The notes under the pieces were generated by a model, which had not been told where the DNA came from, did not search any database, and worked only from the letters and a program-made list of their open reading frames with translations. The position numbers were made by a program, and so were the translations under genes. A stretch of 63,576 bases of DNA, counting the filler, from Stramenopiles sp. TOSAG23-3 (lineage: Eukaryota), in NCBI GenBank assembly GCA_900128585.1. It is 12 parts of 12 records of this genome, joined end to end, with 100 filler letters (N's around TTAATTAATTAA, not from the genome) between each part and the next. Parts side by side here need not be neighbours in the genome. Positions count along the whole stretch, not along the records: positions 8,213 to 16,319 come from LT643067.1; positions 16,420 to 24,521 come from LT643068.1; 10 more parts are not named here. One strand, given 5' to 3'. Shown one piece after another: positions 10,074 to 21,157 of the stretch (the first letter of the stretch is position 1; each line of letters opens with the position of its first letter).

Positions 10074-12966
10074 CTAGATGTTGACACCCATTTTTGCCAA
10101 GAACGCCTTCATCGCGCCCTGCATTGCTTCTGACAGCTGAGAGTACGCGGCCGACACCTGGGCGTTCCCGGCCATCTGCGGCCACGCGCCGGCCACGACC
10201 CCCCGAAGCGTCTCTTCGGCGTTCGACACGTCCGCGAACGCGTCGTAGGCGTCGGCGCCAAAGTGAAGCTTGACATGCGCCGCGGAGTAGGAGCTCAGGC
10301 CGTCCGTGTCGCTCGCGGCCTTGCCCACGGTGGCGGTAGTGGTGGTGGCGGTGGCGGCCAAAAATTTTACCCACAGGGGCACGTTTCCGACCAGCTCGGG
10401 GGCGGCCAGGATCCTCGCCGCGGCGAGGAGGGAGGCCTTTTTCCCTTCCTTGCTGGTAATGTCCGCCATGTTGGGGACCCACACCTGCTCCGCTAGCTGC
10501 CAGAACAAATTCGGCTGCATCGCGCCCATGATCGCGGCGATCTGCCCGTGGCCGTGCTTTCCCACGATGTTCGAAAGGAACGACAGGAACCCTTGCGTGA
10601 ACCTCCGCGTGCGCTTCTTCTTGTCCATCAGGCTGGTGAGGAGAAGGCGGACGACGTGGGCCAGCTGCGCCTGGATGCTCTCGAGCGGGATGCACGTGAC
10701 GATGACGCTGAGCAGGTCGAACGAGTGGCCCGACGTGGACGGGGTGGCAAAGGCGCTCTGCCAGCAACCCAGCAACGGGCTCATGTTTGCGACGCAGATC
10801 TCCGGGCCCACTTTCAGGTACGCTACCAGCAGGCGGACCAGCGAGGGCACGTTCCCCCTCGTCATCCACAGGGCGGGAGTGAGCACCGGCTTGAACAGGG
10901 AGCGGTAGGCGTCGGACAGGCCGGTGCCCTGGCGGAGCTCCAAGAGCTGGGCCAAAATTTGAAAAATGTAAGGGATGAACTCGTCGATCTCTTTCTGAAG
11001 AATTTCCAGGAAGGGCGGAAAGAGGAGCTCCTCGAACGTCGCGACGATCTGCGGCGTCCGGTTCTTCCCGCCGACGAACTTCACCAGGGCCGAGAGGGCC
11101 TCGAACAGAAAGTGGTTGAACTGGGGGTTCGTCGGGTTCGCGCACACCCGCCGGAGCACGTCGGAGAGGGCGGAGATACAGTTCTGGGCGACGGGGGTCA
11201 GGTCCCCCTGGCCCCCGGCGACGATCACGCGCATGATCGCCTTCATCAGGTACTCGTTCTCCGGGTATCCGGGCTTGTTGATGATCCCGAACAGGGACGT
11301 GAGCATGGGTTGTATGTACGGTTGCAGCACTTGGTGCGATATGCGGGGCGAGGCCGGCTGCGCGGGGTCCTTCATCGCGAGGACGCGCTCCAGCCACGCG
11401 GCCGCGTACGTGTGAACGACGTACGAGCTGGCGCCCAGGTGGCTGGCCATCAGGGGGAGGATCACGGTCAGCCCCCCCCCCCGGGAGCTGCTGCCGGAAC
11501 ATGGTGCAAAATTTGATGGCGTCCGCTTTAAGGATGGCGGGGCCGTCGTTGGGCCCGCTCCGCAGCTCGGGGACGATCTGCTTCTCGATGAAGTCGACGA
11601 CGTTTATCAGCTCGTTCGTGGACGTCGCCCCGTGGGCCCGGGTCGCCCCCTTCGCGCTGAGCGCCAGGACCAGGGTGATCGCGGCGTCCTTCTTCTTCCA
11701 CTCTTGCCCCGGATTGGCCCGGTACTGCTCCAGCAGGGTGTTCACGTAGTTCCCGCAGATGGACGTGACGCTCTGCTGGTAGTGGACGCAGAGGCCCTGG
11801 ACCAGGTCGCAGGCCCCCCGCCGCCGCGTGTCGGAGTCGGACCCCTCGATGTCCCGGCGGAGGTACTCGATCGGGTTGTCCTCGAAGTCCTCCTCGTCCG
11901 TGTCCCGGAGCATAATGTTCTGGACGACGATCTTCTCGCAGATGGCGACCTGGGTCCCCTGGTCGGCGAACAGGTCCTTGTGCCACGGCTTTTTCACGAC
12001 GCTGGTCAGGAACTTCATGGCGCTGTTAATCACCACGTCGAAGCGCGGGATGGGCCGGAGGGTGGTGAGCAGCCCCCAGATCCCATTGGTGAAGGTCTGC
12101 ATGTGGGGTTGGAACTCCTCCTCGTACTTTTCCGCGTACAGCGCGACGTTCTCGATGAGGGCGGACTGCAGCCTCTCTACCGCGCTCGCCTCCTCGTCGA
12201 TGGCGTTCCGGTCGATGGCGGGGCAGGTGAACCCGAGAAAATCGCTGTGGAACTTCATCCATTCGGCCAGGTGGTCCTCGAAGTACTCGGGCAGGTCCTG
12301 CCAGTTCAGCGAAAAAAATATCCTGGCCAGCGTGCGAAGGGCGGACAAAAACGGTTCCACGGCGCCCGCCGCGGCGTTGGCCTGGACGGCCTGGCTGGCC
12401 TGCGCGACGAGGTGGGTGAAGAGCTGGAGCATCGGCTCGGCGAAGCCCTCGAGCACGTACTTTAGGTCCAGGAACAGGGCGTCGCTCTTCTGCACGTACC
12501 GAAAGCGCTTGAAGATGGAGTTGGCGGTCTCGAGGACCCCGTTCACGACGTTCATGTCGTTCATGTTCGCCTTCAGCTTTTGGATCAGCTCGGGCAGAAG
12601 CTCCTGCCACTTCTTCGGGAAGTCCACCTCCGCCATGATCCTCAGGCCCTCGCTGAGCTGCCGCATGATCTGCGGGGGGGTACTGCACATGAGGGTAAGG
12701 ATGTGCTGCTTGACCGTGGCCTTGTCCCCGTCCGGGATGAGGGTCCCGTCCCAGGACTTTTTGATAAAGTTCTTGAACGCGATCGACCCCGCCTGCCGCG
12801 TCGGCAAATCTACGTTGTTCATCGAAACCAGCTGGAGGATCTTCACCGCGAAACCGCTCTGTCCCTGAAAGGTCTTCAGCTGCGCCTCCGACTGTTGGCG
12901 GGCGCCCTGGTCCGCGGATTGGGTCCCCCGCAGGACGTTCGCAAACGCCGTCACCGCCGGGTCCAT
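10074..12966 (-). CDS. CSE1: Exportin-2/CSE1, split by a +1 frameshift in a G11 run at 11472-11482
   Basis: IBN_N domain, DFPKKWQELLP, LNWQDLPEYFED and FEDNPIEYLRRDIEGSDSDTRRR. The second frame supplies ENEYLMKAIMR, NPQFNHFLFE and EFIPYIFQILAQLLE. Confidence 0.95.
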
Positions 12967-13588
12967 CAGAAACGAAGAGAGAACAGAAAAACCAAAATTC
13001 AGGAAATGTTGTAGGGAGAAATAAGGTAGGGTGATTCAAATGAAGTCATGGTCGGTGTGGGGTTGACTCTACGACTAAATTGGATATGTTTGGTTCTTTG
13101 AATGTTAGGAAAGGAAAAGGGAAGTTGGTTGGGAAATTGAAATTGAAATTGAAATTGAAAATTCAAAAAAAAAAAACAAAAACAACAAAAAACAACAAAA
13201 CTCTTTAATACCCTAATCTTAACTCTTATATTTCAGATTGGACGGACGATCTCCTATTGTAACTATCTATACTATCTATTTGTATAGTTATAATATAAAA
13301 TATTGTCCTATTTAAACATATATACTAATTGTTTAAATAAGTATACTATAAAAAATGGATTGTTTTTTGTTTTAAACTTCCTTAACCTTAACTCTAACTC
13401 TAACTCTAACTTTTAGTGTTTAGTCTGGATTTCAAGAATAGAAGGAGAGTCCTCGAAACCAACCCACAATAAATTATCACACCCTTGAACAGATAGATTC
13501 TGAAGCTGTTTCCTATCAAATTGGAATGTTCGATACGAACGGTGCAATCAACGAATGCCTCTTGCCCAAAATATAATCACTACTGACG

Positions 13589-14515
13589 ATGAACGTAAAG
13601 ACGAACGCTTTACTCTTCCTCTGTTTGTTCTGCTTGTATTCGTACGCTCACGGCAGCCCACTTTTTGATCGCCGCCTGTCCTGGTCAAAGAACTTCCTGA
13701 AAAGTACGAGAGACAATCCGAAGCCGAGTACCGGTACATCGTGGTCAAAGAATTTCCTGAAAAGTACGAGAGACAATCCGAAGCCGAGTACCGGTACATC
13801 GTGGTCAAAGAATTTCCTGGCAAGTACAAAACCCGCGTCAACAAATTGGCTTAGTAACTCAAAGGGTTCGTCCTTCTCGAGCTTTAAACCGTTCACACCG
13901 CTTAGTACGACAAAAAATGCATGGTCCTATAAACCACCGTCGTTGACGACAACAAAGAATTGGCTCGGCAATTATAAGCCGTACCTGAGCACGTTTAAAG
14001 GCACGCCAAGGACCAGAAATTCCTATGCGTATCTTCCTAAGACTTCCTACGCATCGTTCGCTAGGAATTCGGCTCCAGCTGCTGCAGTGAGATCTCCCTC
14101 AAACAGCTTCCTCCGAATGTACCAGAAGAAGCAACTCGGGACTAGTTATGCGCCAATCGCTAGCTCGCGGCCATACGTTAGACGTTCAAGATATTCGCAA
14201 GGCACGTCAAGGACCAGAAATGCCCAACCTTTTAGGCCAGTAAGAGATGCTTATGGTAGGCTTTCACGGTGGACAGATAAGCAATATGCATCTCTGGAAA
14301 AGGGGCACAATGATGGGCCGCAGTACATGCCTCCCACTCCAGGAAAGGGTTGGCAAATGGTTGCTTCCGAGGCGCTCAGTACAGGTATCAACCACGGCGT
14401 GAACTGGGCTGTGGATAAATATGTGCCAAAAAACAATTTTCAAAGGACGTATCCTCATTACAGGAAATTTACAAATAAACCATTTTGGTGGCGGAAGCAA
14501 GGACCCGGATTTTAA
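13589..14515 (+). CDS. Secreted basic Ser/Thr/Tyr-rich protein with 20-aa tandem repeats
   Basis: Signal-peptide-like N-terminus (ALLFLCLFCLYSYAHG); repeat unit WSKNFLKSTRDNPKPSTGTS. Confidence 0.7.
   Translation: MNVKTNALLFLCLFCLYSYAHGSPLFDRRLSWSKNFLKSTRDNPKPSTGTSWSKNFLKSTRDNPKPSTGTSWSKNFLASTKPASTNWLSNSKGSSFSSFKPFTPLSTTKNAWSYKPPSLTTTKNWLGNYKPYLSTFKGTPRTRNSYAYLPKTSYASFARNSAPAAAVRSPSNSFLRMYQKKQLGTSYAPIASSRPYVRRSRYSQGTSRTRNAQPFRPVRDAYGRLSRWTDKQYASLEKGHNDGPQYMPPTPGKGWQMVASEALSTGINHGVNWAVDKYVPKNNFQRTYPHYRKFTNKPFWWRKQGPGF
13682..13820 (+). repeat. 60-bp coding tandem repeat (~2.3 copies)
   Basis: TGGTCAAAGAA... starts at 13682, 13742 and 13802. Confidence 0.95.
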
Positions 14516-14834
14516 AAAAACAAAATATAAAAAAAATATAATATTTGAAACTCTAGAAAAGATTTTTTTTTTTGTATAAAAAATATGAAAAAAACAAATT
14601 ATATACAGTATGCTTTAACACTCTCATTTTAATTATAAATATATAATTTGTCTTTATTTTTTTTGTAAAATTAACAGCCGCCGATTAAAATAACAGCCAA
14701 TTTTTTTATTTTTAAAAGTAGCAATTTGACAATTTACTAAAAAAACTCGTTAATTACACGGGGGAGTAATTTGTTTTAAAGCCCCATCACGTTCACCGTT
14801 AGATGTAAGAGTACACTTTCTCTCTCTCTCTCTC

Positions 14835-16040
14835 TCAAGGCAACCACTGCTTGTACTTACTTTTAATGATCCCCATTACTTTGGCCTCGGACGCGTCCGT
14901 TTTTACAACGTGGTCCTGAAACACACGAACATTGTTCATGTTGATGGCGTTCTTAACGTGGGGGTAATACAAAATCAACGGGGCGCACATCTCGTCCCCG
15001 TGGCTGACTCCATACTCAATCTGGTTTTCCACGGCGCTGGTGTCAAACAGACACGTGAAGGACAGGGAGTCCCCGGGGCGCAACGGGGGGGCACCTTTCG
15101 GGATCGGGATGAATGTTTGATCGGGGCCGTACCCGTGAAAAGGCTCGATGGAGGCGTACTCTCCGATTTTCTTCCCGCTCCTGTAGTGATCCAACCACAC
15201 CGCTTTCGCGTGGTCGTGCGCGTGCAAATGCGCAGCAAAAGGCTGCACCTCCCCGAAGCGAGCGAAGTCGGGGCCGATCGTGTTTGCGAGGTCTGCAGAG
15301 CTCAAGTGCGCCGTAAAGTGGTACCTTGATTTGTGGGGAGGGAGGACCAGCCCCATGTCCAAAAACCCAAGCAGGTGGGAATCAAGAAGCTTCCCCCCGC
15401 CTACAATTAAATCAAAGCCAGACGAGTCCAATATACCCTGCCCCTGCCCGACGGGGAAATGGACGGGCATCAAGTAGTGGATCTGCAGCATCAAATGGGT
15501 GTACCCAGTGGACGGTCCCAGGCGGATGCCAACGTCGGGGGGGAAGGTGTAGGTCAAAGCCCCGCGGTCGTACGCCCATATCATCTGAGAACACACTTTC
15601 TGCTCTTCAATAAACCGCTCCTCAGAGCACCAACTGTTCCGCTCCTCGGGGCTGGCCGGGAACGACCGCTCCACGGCCTCTTGGCAAACGAATATATCCA
15701 TATGGTGAACTATCTCCTTCGAGCCGGCCTGCGAGACGTGCGGGACAATTTTGTGGATGTGCGTGTCTTGTGTGATCGCCGCTCGCAGGTCGTACGCGTG
15801 GCACCGAAATCCAGCGTCCAGCTCGCCACTCTGCCCCTTCAAGTCAATGATTTTATCGCCAGCGCCGCCGATCGCTTTGAGGGGGGCGCGCAAGGTCAGT
15901 GTGCTCCCTTTAAGCTCCGAAACGGTCACCGTCGACTCCTTTCCGGAACCGTCCGCTTCGAGCGTGCAGGCGTGCAAGAACAAAACCATAAGCAATGGCA
16001 CACTTCGGGAGAAAAATCCGTCTAATCTGGACGTACCCAT
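14835..16040 (-). CDS. Copper type II ascorbate-dependent monooxygenase (DBH/PHM-like)
   Basis: Signal peptide; Cu ligands in VHHM, LQIHY, HLHAH and DEMC. Confidence 0.9.
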   Translation of the reverse strand: MGTSRLDGFFSRSVPLLMVLFLHACTLEADGSGKESTVTVSELKGSTLTLRAPLKAIGGAGDKIIDLKGQSGELDAGFRCHAYDLRAAITQDTHIHKIVPHVSQAGSKEIVHHMDIFVCQEAVERSFPASPEERNSWCSEERFIEEQKVCSQMIWAYDRGALTYTFPPDVGIRLGPSTGYTHLMLQIHYLMPVHFPVGQGQGILDSSGFDLIVGGGKLLDSHLLGFLDMGLVLPPHKSRYHFTAHLSSADLANTIGPDFARFGEVQPFAAHLHAHDHAKAVWLDHYRSGKKIGEYASIEPFHGYGPDQTFIPIPKGAPPLRPGDSLSFTCLFDTSAVENQIEYGVSHGDEMCAPLILYYPHVKNAINMNNVRVFQDHVVKTDASEAKVMGIIKSKYKQWLP

Positions 16041-16143
16041 GGTAAGAATAATCCCAACGCCACCCCTTCTTCCCTACCTTTTGCGTTCGCCGCCGGTGAA
16101 GTCACTCAGACGACAAAAAACTACTCCGCCGCCGTGAGTGAAC

Positions 16144-16174
16144 GGATCGGATCGGATCGGATCGGATCGGATCG
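16144..16174. repeat. (GGATC)6 microsatellite upstream of the monooxygenase
   Basis: Read directly from the sequence. Confidence 0.9.
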
Positions 16175-16419
16175 TTCGTTCAACGCCGCTTAATAATAAA
16201 TTGGTGTTTGATGTTTAGTAACTTCAGCCTTAAACCAAAGAGGAAGAAATAGTGTATAAATCAAAACAAACAAGAGAAAGAGCTGAATCACTCGTTATTA
16301 TCTGTGCTTATTCAACTTGNNNNNNNNNNNNNNNNNNNNNNNNNNNNNNNNNNNNNNNNNNNNTTAATTAATTAANNNNNNNNNNNNNNNNNNNNNNNNN
16401 NNNNNNNNNNNNNNNNNNN

Positions 16420-16969
16420 CCAAATCAATCTCTGTCAACGAAGTATTCACTTTCAACGCCTCTGCAACATATTTTGCCCCTTCATCACCAATGTTGTTCA
16501 ACTTCAAATCAATCTCTGTCAACGAAGTATTCGCTTTCAACGCCTCTGCAACATATTTTGCCCCTTCAGCACCAATGTTGTTCCAGCCCAAATGAATCTC
16601 TGTCAACGAAATATTCACTTTCAACGCCTCTGCAACATATTTTGCCCCTTCAGCATCAACGTTTTCACCTTGCAAATTAATCGTGGTATAAAAATAAGAG
16701 TTATACAGTGCTCTTTTGCCTCTGTCCGAACACTCAATATTTTGTGCCTTTTCCCACAACATTTTCAGGTTTACCAAGTTATCGACATAACGGTTGAGAA
16801 CACATTTACACGTTCCCAAAAGACTCGCCCAGGACATAAAGTCCCCACGAAGAAAGTCCATCATAAATACAAGTAACGAGTTTGGAAGCTTTAGCAGTTG
16901 GCTGATGCGAGATTCCTCTGCTCCTGTCTTCCCCCTTTTCTCATCACTGACAACTAGTAAACTTGCCAT
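16420..16969 (-). CDS. RNI-like/NLRC3-type LRR protein with possible F-box-like N-terminus; 3' truncated
   Basis: 28-aa (84-bp) repeats NNIGAEGAKYVAEALKVNTSLTEIDL; LLKLPNSLLVFMMDFL resembles an F-box. Confidence 0.85.
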
Positions 16970-17349
16970 ATTTAAGAAGAGAGAAAAGTTCAAATGTAAA
17001 GAGTCTGTTTACTTATGCTTTCTCATGAAAAGGTAGTTTCACTTTCAATCTTTTACATTTCATAATTAGCTTTTGTTCTAACTAAAGAAAGAAGAAAAAG
17101 AAGAATCATCTTCTCAATAAAAAAAAAAAAAAAAGCGGAAGAACGACCGAAGAAAGAAGAAAAAAATAAAACAATTTAGCCCAGTACTTTGCCTATCTAA
17201 ATATGCAAATATATATACTTATAAATTACATACAATACTAATATATCAAAGTGTTTCCTTGAAAATGCTACTTTATTATATATCTAAAATACAATACAAG
17301 TATAGATTTCCTATATAAACTTTTTACTTTTTTCAATTGAACTACAACT

Positions 17350-17525
17350 AAAAAAGAAGAAGAAGAAGAAAGAAGAAGAAGAAGAAGAAAGAAGAAGAAG
17401 AAGAAGAAGAAAGAAGAAGAAGAAGAAGAAGAAGAAGAAAGAAGAAGAAGAAGAAGAAGAAGAAAGAAAAAAAGAAGAAGAAGAAAGAAGAAGAAAGAAG
17501 AAGAAGAAAGAAGAAGAGAAAAAAA
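17350..17525. repeat. (AAG)n-rich purine tract
   Basis: Read directly from the sequence. Confidence 0.95.
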
Positions 17526-17729
17526 GTAAAAAAAAAAGTAAAAAATTAATTAGACACTGTATATAAAAACCAACAAAAGTTGAATGAAACAAACAAAGAA
17601 ATAAAAATCATTTCTTACACACATTTGAAGAAAGAGTGAGTGAAGACAAGGTTTTTGTCCATGATTGTACGGACTAAGTTTACGTGATTGTTGTATGTAA
17701 ATATATAATAATTATTTCTGTTTTGTCCA

Positions 17730-19217
17730 ATGAAGCGGCGGTTGGAACGCGGTAATGGGCAAGGGTCAGAAAGGGACGGGGTAGGAAAGTCGCTTAAACT
17801 GTACACGCAAACCCTTGCATCCGGGAACATCGGCGAAAGCATTCGTTTGCTGAAAGAATCCATCGCTCCGAATGTATGCAGTAGCGAGTTAAAAAAGTTG
17901 GCTGCAAGTCTGGCGTCCCCTCCCGTTTTGCTGGAGGGCCGAGAGGCGGTTCTCAAGACTAAGAAAATGGGTAACGGTTTGCGGGAAAAGAAGCAGAGAG
18001 AACGCTTAGGAAACTCTCTTAAGTTGTACAAAAGTGCGCTTGCAGCTGGAGACACCAGAAAAAGCCTCGAGTTGCTAAAGACCTCGATAGCTCCAAGTGT
18101 GAGGCCCAGCGAGCTGCGAGAGTTGGCCGCAAACCTGGCCTTCTCCCCGTTTTTAAGGCGACAGCCTCGTGAATCAACGAACGTGGGGATTGCAGATTGT
18201 ACAGAAGACGATAGAGAAAACGATAGAAAAGTTGCGGCCCGCTGCAGCACAGATGGTGGAACTAGCTTTTTCCTTTCTGAGTTGTACGTTTTGGAGCTTT
18301 CGCCTAATGGCGAGCACTTGGCCTGCGGAAGCTTGTCAGGGAAGCTTACAATGTTGCAGACGGTAAATGGGTCGAAAATTGTGTCTGCGAACACGGCCCA
18401 TAGCGACTGCGTTGTCGCTATAGCATGGTCGACGGAGAAGGCTTTTTTACTTTCTGCGGGAAGAGACTTTCAAATCGTGCTTTGGGATGTGAACACGCTG
18501 GGCAGTAATAGGCAGAATTTCGAGCCACTCAGAACTTTTCACTTGGACAATGTCGTGATGACCCAAATAGTGTGGTTCCCAGGGTCTGCGTCAAAATTTG
18601 CACTCGGAACTAACGCCGGGGTGATCGTGTATAGCACCGAGCCCCTGGCGCAAACAACGACAGGGGCGCATGGGTTGACGACCGTCCAGAGCTGGGTAGG
18701 GTCATACGTTCACGAAATGGCGGTCTCGTCCCGTGAAAATTGCATCGTTGCTTTAACGTCGCGGAGTGTGGTGAACTTAATCCCACTGAACGGTGGGAAT
18801 ACCGTATCCGTCAGTATCCAAGTCGGAAATTCGCCTTTGTGCTCCATGTCGCAATCGTTGTGCGGCCGATACTTTCTGTTCAATGCAATCGGGAACATGG
18901 ACTCTCACAAAGATTTGTCCCAATTCACAGTTTATTGTTGGAACATCAGGACAAAGAAAGTTTCGAAACAATACACGGCAGCCGGACGCCACCATGGAAG
19001 GTGCAAAACCCGATCAGTCTTTGGGGGAAGGAACGAAGAGTACGTTGTTGCAGGAGACGAGTATGGGTATGTTTCGGTATGGGATCGTTCGACGGGAAAC
19101 CTTCTTTCGAATTACAAGGCACACTTTGGGCCAATTAACTGTTTAGTGTCTGGCAAAGGGTTCCTGGGAGGCGCAGGGAACAGGGGGCTTTTTTTCTATG
19201 AGATGTTCAAAATATAA
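17730..19217 (+). CDS. WD40-repeat protein (WDR26-like C-terminal propeller) with duplicated N-terminal helical unit
   Basis: AHSDCVVAIAW...IVLWD, RSVFGGRNEEYVVAGDEYGYVSVWD and AHFGPINC. The N-terminal unit GKSLKLY...ELKKLAASLA / GNSLKLY...ELRELAANLA occurs twice. Confidence 0.85.
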   Translation: MKRRLERGNGQGSERDGVGKSLKLYTQTLASGNIGESIRLLKESIAPNVCSSELKKLAASLASPPVLLEGREAVLKTKKMGNGLREKKQRERLGNSLKLYKSALAAGDTRKSLELLKTSIAPSVRPSELRELAANLAFSPFLRRQPRESTNVGIADCTEDDRENDRKVAARCSTDGGTSFFLSELYVLELSPNGEHLACGSLSGKLTMLQTVNGSKIVSANTAHSDCVVAIAWSTEKAFLLSAGRDFQIVLWDVNTLGSNRQNFEPLRTFHLDNVVMTQIVWFPGSASKFALGTNAGVIVYSTEPLAQTTTGAHGLTTVQSWVGSYVHEMAVSSRENCIVALTSRSVVNLIPLNGGNTVSVSIQVGNSPLCSMSQSLCGRYFLFNAIGNMDSHKDLSQFTVYCWNIRTKKVSKQYTAAGRHHGRCKTRSVFGGRNEEYVVAGDEYGYVSVWDRSTGNLLSNYKAHFGPINCLVSGKGFLGGAGNRGLFFYEMFKI

Positions 19218-19298
19218 AAAAAAACAAAATCTATTATAGAATGTTTTAAGACTCTCATTTTCAAATCAATTACTACTTCAAATCCAACCCTAATCCTA
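19216..19298 (+). repeat. Dispersed 3'-flank repeat, family B
   Basis: 19241-19298 matches 56714-56770 with one indel and one substitution. Confidence 0.85.
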
Positions 19299-19596
19299 TC
19301 TTGATTTTTAGTTTCGTTTCGTCGTGGATGATTGTCAGACAGAGGAATTATTTTTATTCCAATGAGAAGAATTATTACCACCAGGTGGTGATAATATTTC
19401 TTTTTTTGTGAAATATAATAATACTAATGTTCAGTTATCTAAATTTATGTTGCTTAATCTGTGTTGTTACTTCCTTTGTTTATATTGCAAACGAATAATT
19501 TGCTACTTCGGAACGTTGTTGCCTGGTACGGTACAGGTACCAGGTACTTGGGTCTCGCGCTTTATCATCTTCTCGTGCGCGCGAGACTGGGCTTTG

Positions 19597-20964
19597 ATGC
19601 TAATGGCAACCATTAGTTCCAGTTCCGCCCCGCCCCGTGGCCAAGATGATGACCTCTCTCACCTTCAACATCTCCAACTCTGCCCCACCATTATCGAAGC
19701 TCCCGCTGTTGAACTCTGTGCCCTCCTCCGCTCTCTGGAAACCAGGGTCGATCATCGCCAACGTTGCGAGTGGCGGTCAACGGTCTTCGCCAACGCACAC
19801 GATCAGTCCGCCTTGAAGCGGTTTCGTTGCGCGGCGGATCTCGCCCCACACTTCAACAAAGTGCGATGCCGCGGGAACGACGTGGTAGAAGATGGCGACG
19901 ATGCGAGAGTGCGCCGCCTCGCCGCCGAGGTCGTATGCACCGCGTGGGAGCTGCTCGAAGAGCGCCTGCACGCTGTTCTCAAGAACGCCGAGAGATCGAC
20001 GACGCTACGCGGCAGAGTCCGCGTAGGCGCGGACTTCACGGTGCGAAGAACGGCCAGGGCACAGCACGGAAGCCCGGCTTCCTACGAAAAACACAACCCA
20101 TCGGCGCCTCACTCGGACAGTTTTGACGGCACCGTGTTGGGGTTTGCGCTGGTCTCGACCAAACTGGGCACTCCAGTCTACCCTCGCGCAAAGTTCCCGT
20201 GTCCTCTGGATATGTTTCTGTCGCAATCACGCACTGGCCGGAACGACGCCCACCAGCTTGACAGCACTACCCTGGGCCCGCTGCGTGCCTGGAAACCCAA
20301 CACGCTGGTTGTGATGCCGGCGTGCACGGCCCATTCAAAGCCATCCACGCAACAGATCGAGTCCGACACGACACCCGAGGAGCCGCGCTGGTTTTGTCGC
20401 GCTACGCTTAGAGTTGCTGTTGCCGGTGGCTTCCAGAGAGGGCGAACGGAGGCGGCGCGACGAGATCGCCTTGCGCTATCGATGCTGGTCGCTGAACATG
20501 TCTGGGGCGATGCTGATTTTGTGGCGGGTGCTCGGGCGTTGTCGGTGGTGCCTTACGAGAAGTGGGGGTGGAACAGTGTGGGCAAAGGCAAAGGGGACGT
20601 AAGCGAGGAGGTTACACCGATGACGCGTGCCGAGCGCAAAGCCCAAGTGGCTGCGAATTCCGGCTTTTACGAGGGAGAGACGAACGCGGAGGGAGTCCGC
20701 CACGGGAGAGGAAAGTGTACTTACGCAAACGGGGATGCGTACGACGGTGAGTGGTGCTTGGGAAGGTTTCATGGCATTGGGGTGTACGAGTGGACAACGA
20801 GCGGACGGCGATACGAAGGCGAGTGGAAAGACGGAAACAAAGATGGGGAGGGCACGTACGTGTTTCACAACGGGAGAAGATACACTGGAATGTTTGCAAA
20901 GAATGTGCCTGTCGACCAGGCTGCGTTGGACGCGGCCAGGGACGGGAGGCACAGAAAGAATTAA
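19597..20964 (+). CDS. MORN-repeat protein with putative N-terminal 2OG-Fe(II) oxygenase-like domain
   Basis: C-terminal YEGE...HGRG MORN repeats; upstream PHSDS...AHSKP...RWFCR fits an HxD..H..R pattern. Confidence 0.75.
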   Translation: MLMATISSSSAPPRGQDDDLSHLQHLQLCPTIIEAPAVELCALLRSLETRVDHRQRCEWRSTVFANAHDQSALKRFRCAADLAPHFNKVRCRGNDVVEDGDDARVRRLAAEVVCTAWELLEERLHAVLKNAERSTTLRGRVRVGADFTVRRTARAQHGSPASYEKHNPSAPHSDSFDGTVLGFALVSTKLGTPVYPRAKFPCPLDMFLSQSRTGRNDAHQLDSTTLGPLRAWKPNTLVVMPACTAHSKPSTQQIESDTTPEEPRWFCRATLRVAVAGGFQRGRTEAARRDRLALSMLVAEHVWGDADFVAGARALSVVPYEKWGWNSVGKGKGDVSEEVTPMTRAERKAQVAANSGFYEGETNAEGVRHGRGKCTYANGDAYDGEWCLGRFHGIGVYEWTTSGRRYEGEWKDGNKDGEGTYVFHNGRRYTGMFAKNVPVDQAALDAARDGRHRKN

Positions 20965-21157
20965 TTTTTTAAGAATTTAATTCTTTTTATCAATATCATA
21001 TCATAACAATGAGAGTGACCATAAGCACTTAAACTTTTTCGAATTCACTAAATGAAAAAAAACCAAAATATATAGTATGTTTTAATGATACGTAAGAAAT
21101 AAAACACACCATACGACGATAACATACCGTTTGTTATGTGATACGAACATTAAATAT

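Noticed and set aside
9928-11465. C-terminal half of the 1012-aa ORF and other long overlapping or antisense ORFs in GC-rich genes
   Set aside because: These are shadow ORFs caused by high GC at third codon positions; the translations are Arg/Pro/Gly-rich and show no motifs.
11472-11482. Programmed frameshift in CSE1
   Set aside because: It falls in an 11-nt G homopolymer of an essential gene; a one-base sequencing or assembly error is the simplest explanation.
13381-13412. Telomere-like (CTCTAA)n and CCCTAA words (also 1451 and 60017)
   Set aside because: Short, degenerate and internal; not a telomere array.
13682-13820. CRISPR-like direct repeats (also 16420-16680 and 32175-32394)
   Set aside because: Contiguous tandem repeats with no unique spacers; two are protein-coding repeats, and there are no cas genes.
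17311-17592. Poly-Phe/Ser or poly-Glu/Lys ORFs (also 1648 and 23962)
   Set aside because: These are translations of AAG/CTT microsatellites.
21020-21130. Short matches (CATAAGCACT, CACCATAC) to the left arm of the SDR element
   Set aside because: Too short and unevenly spaced to claim homology without an alignment statistic.
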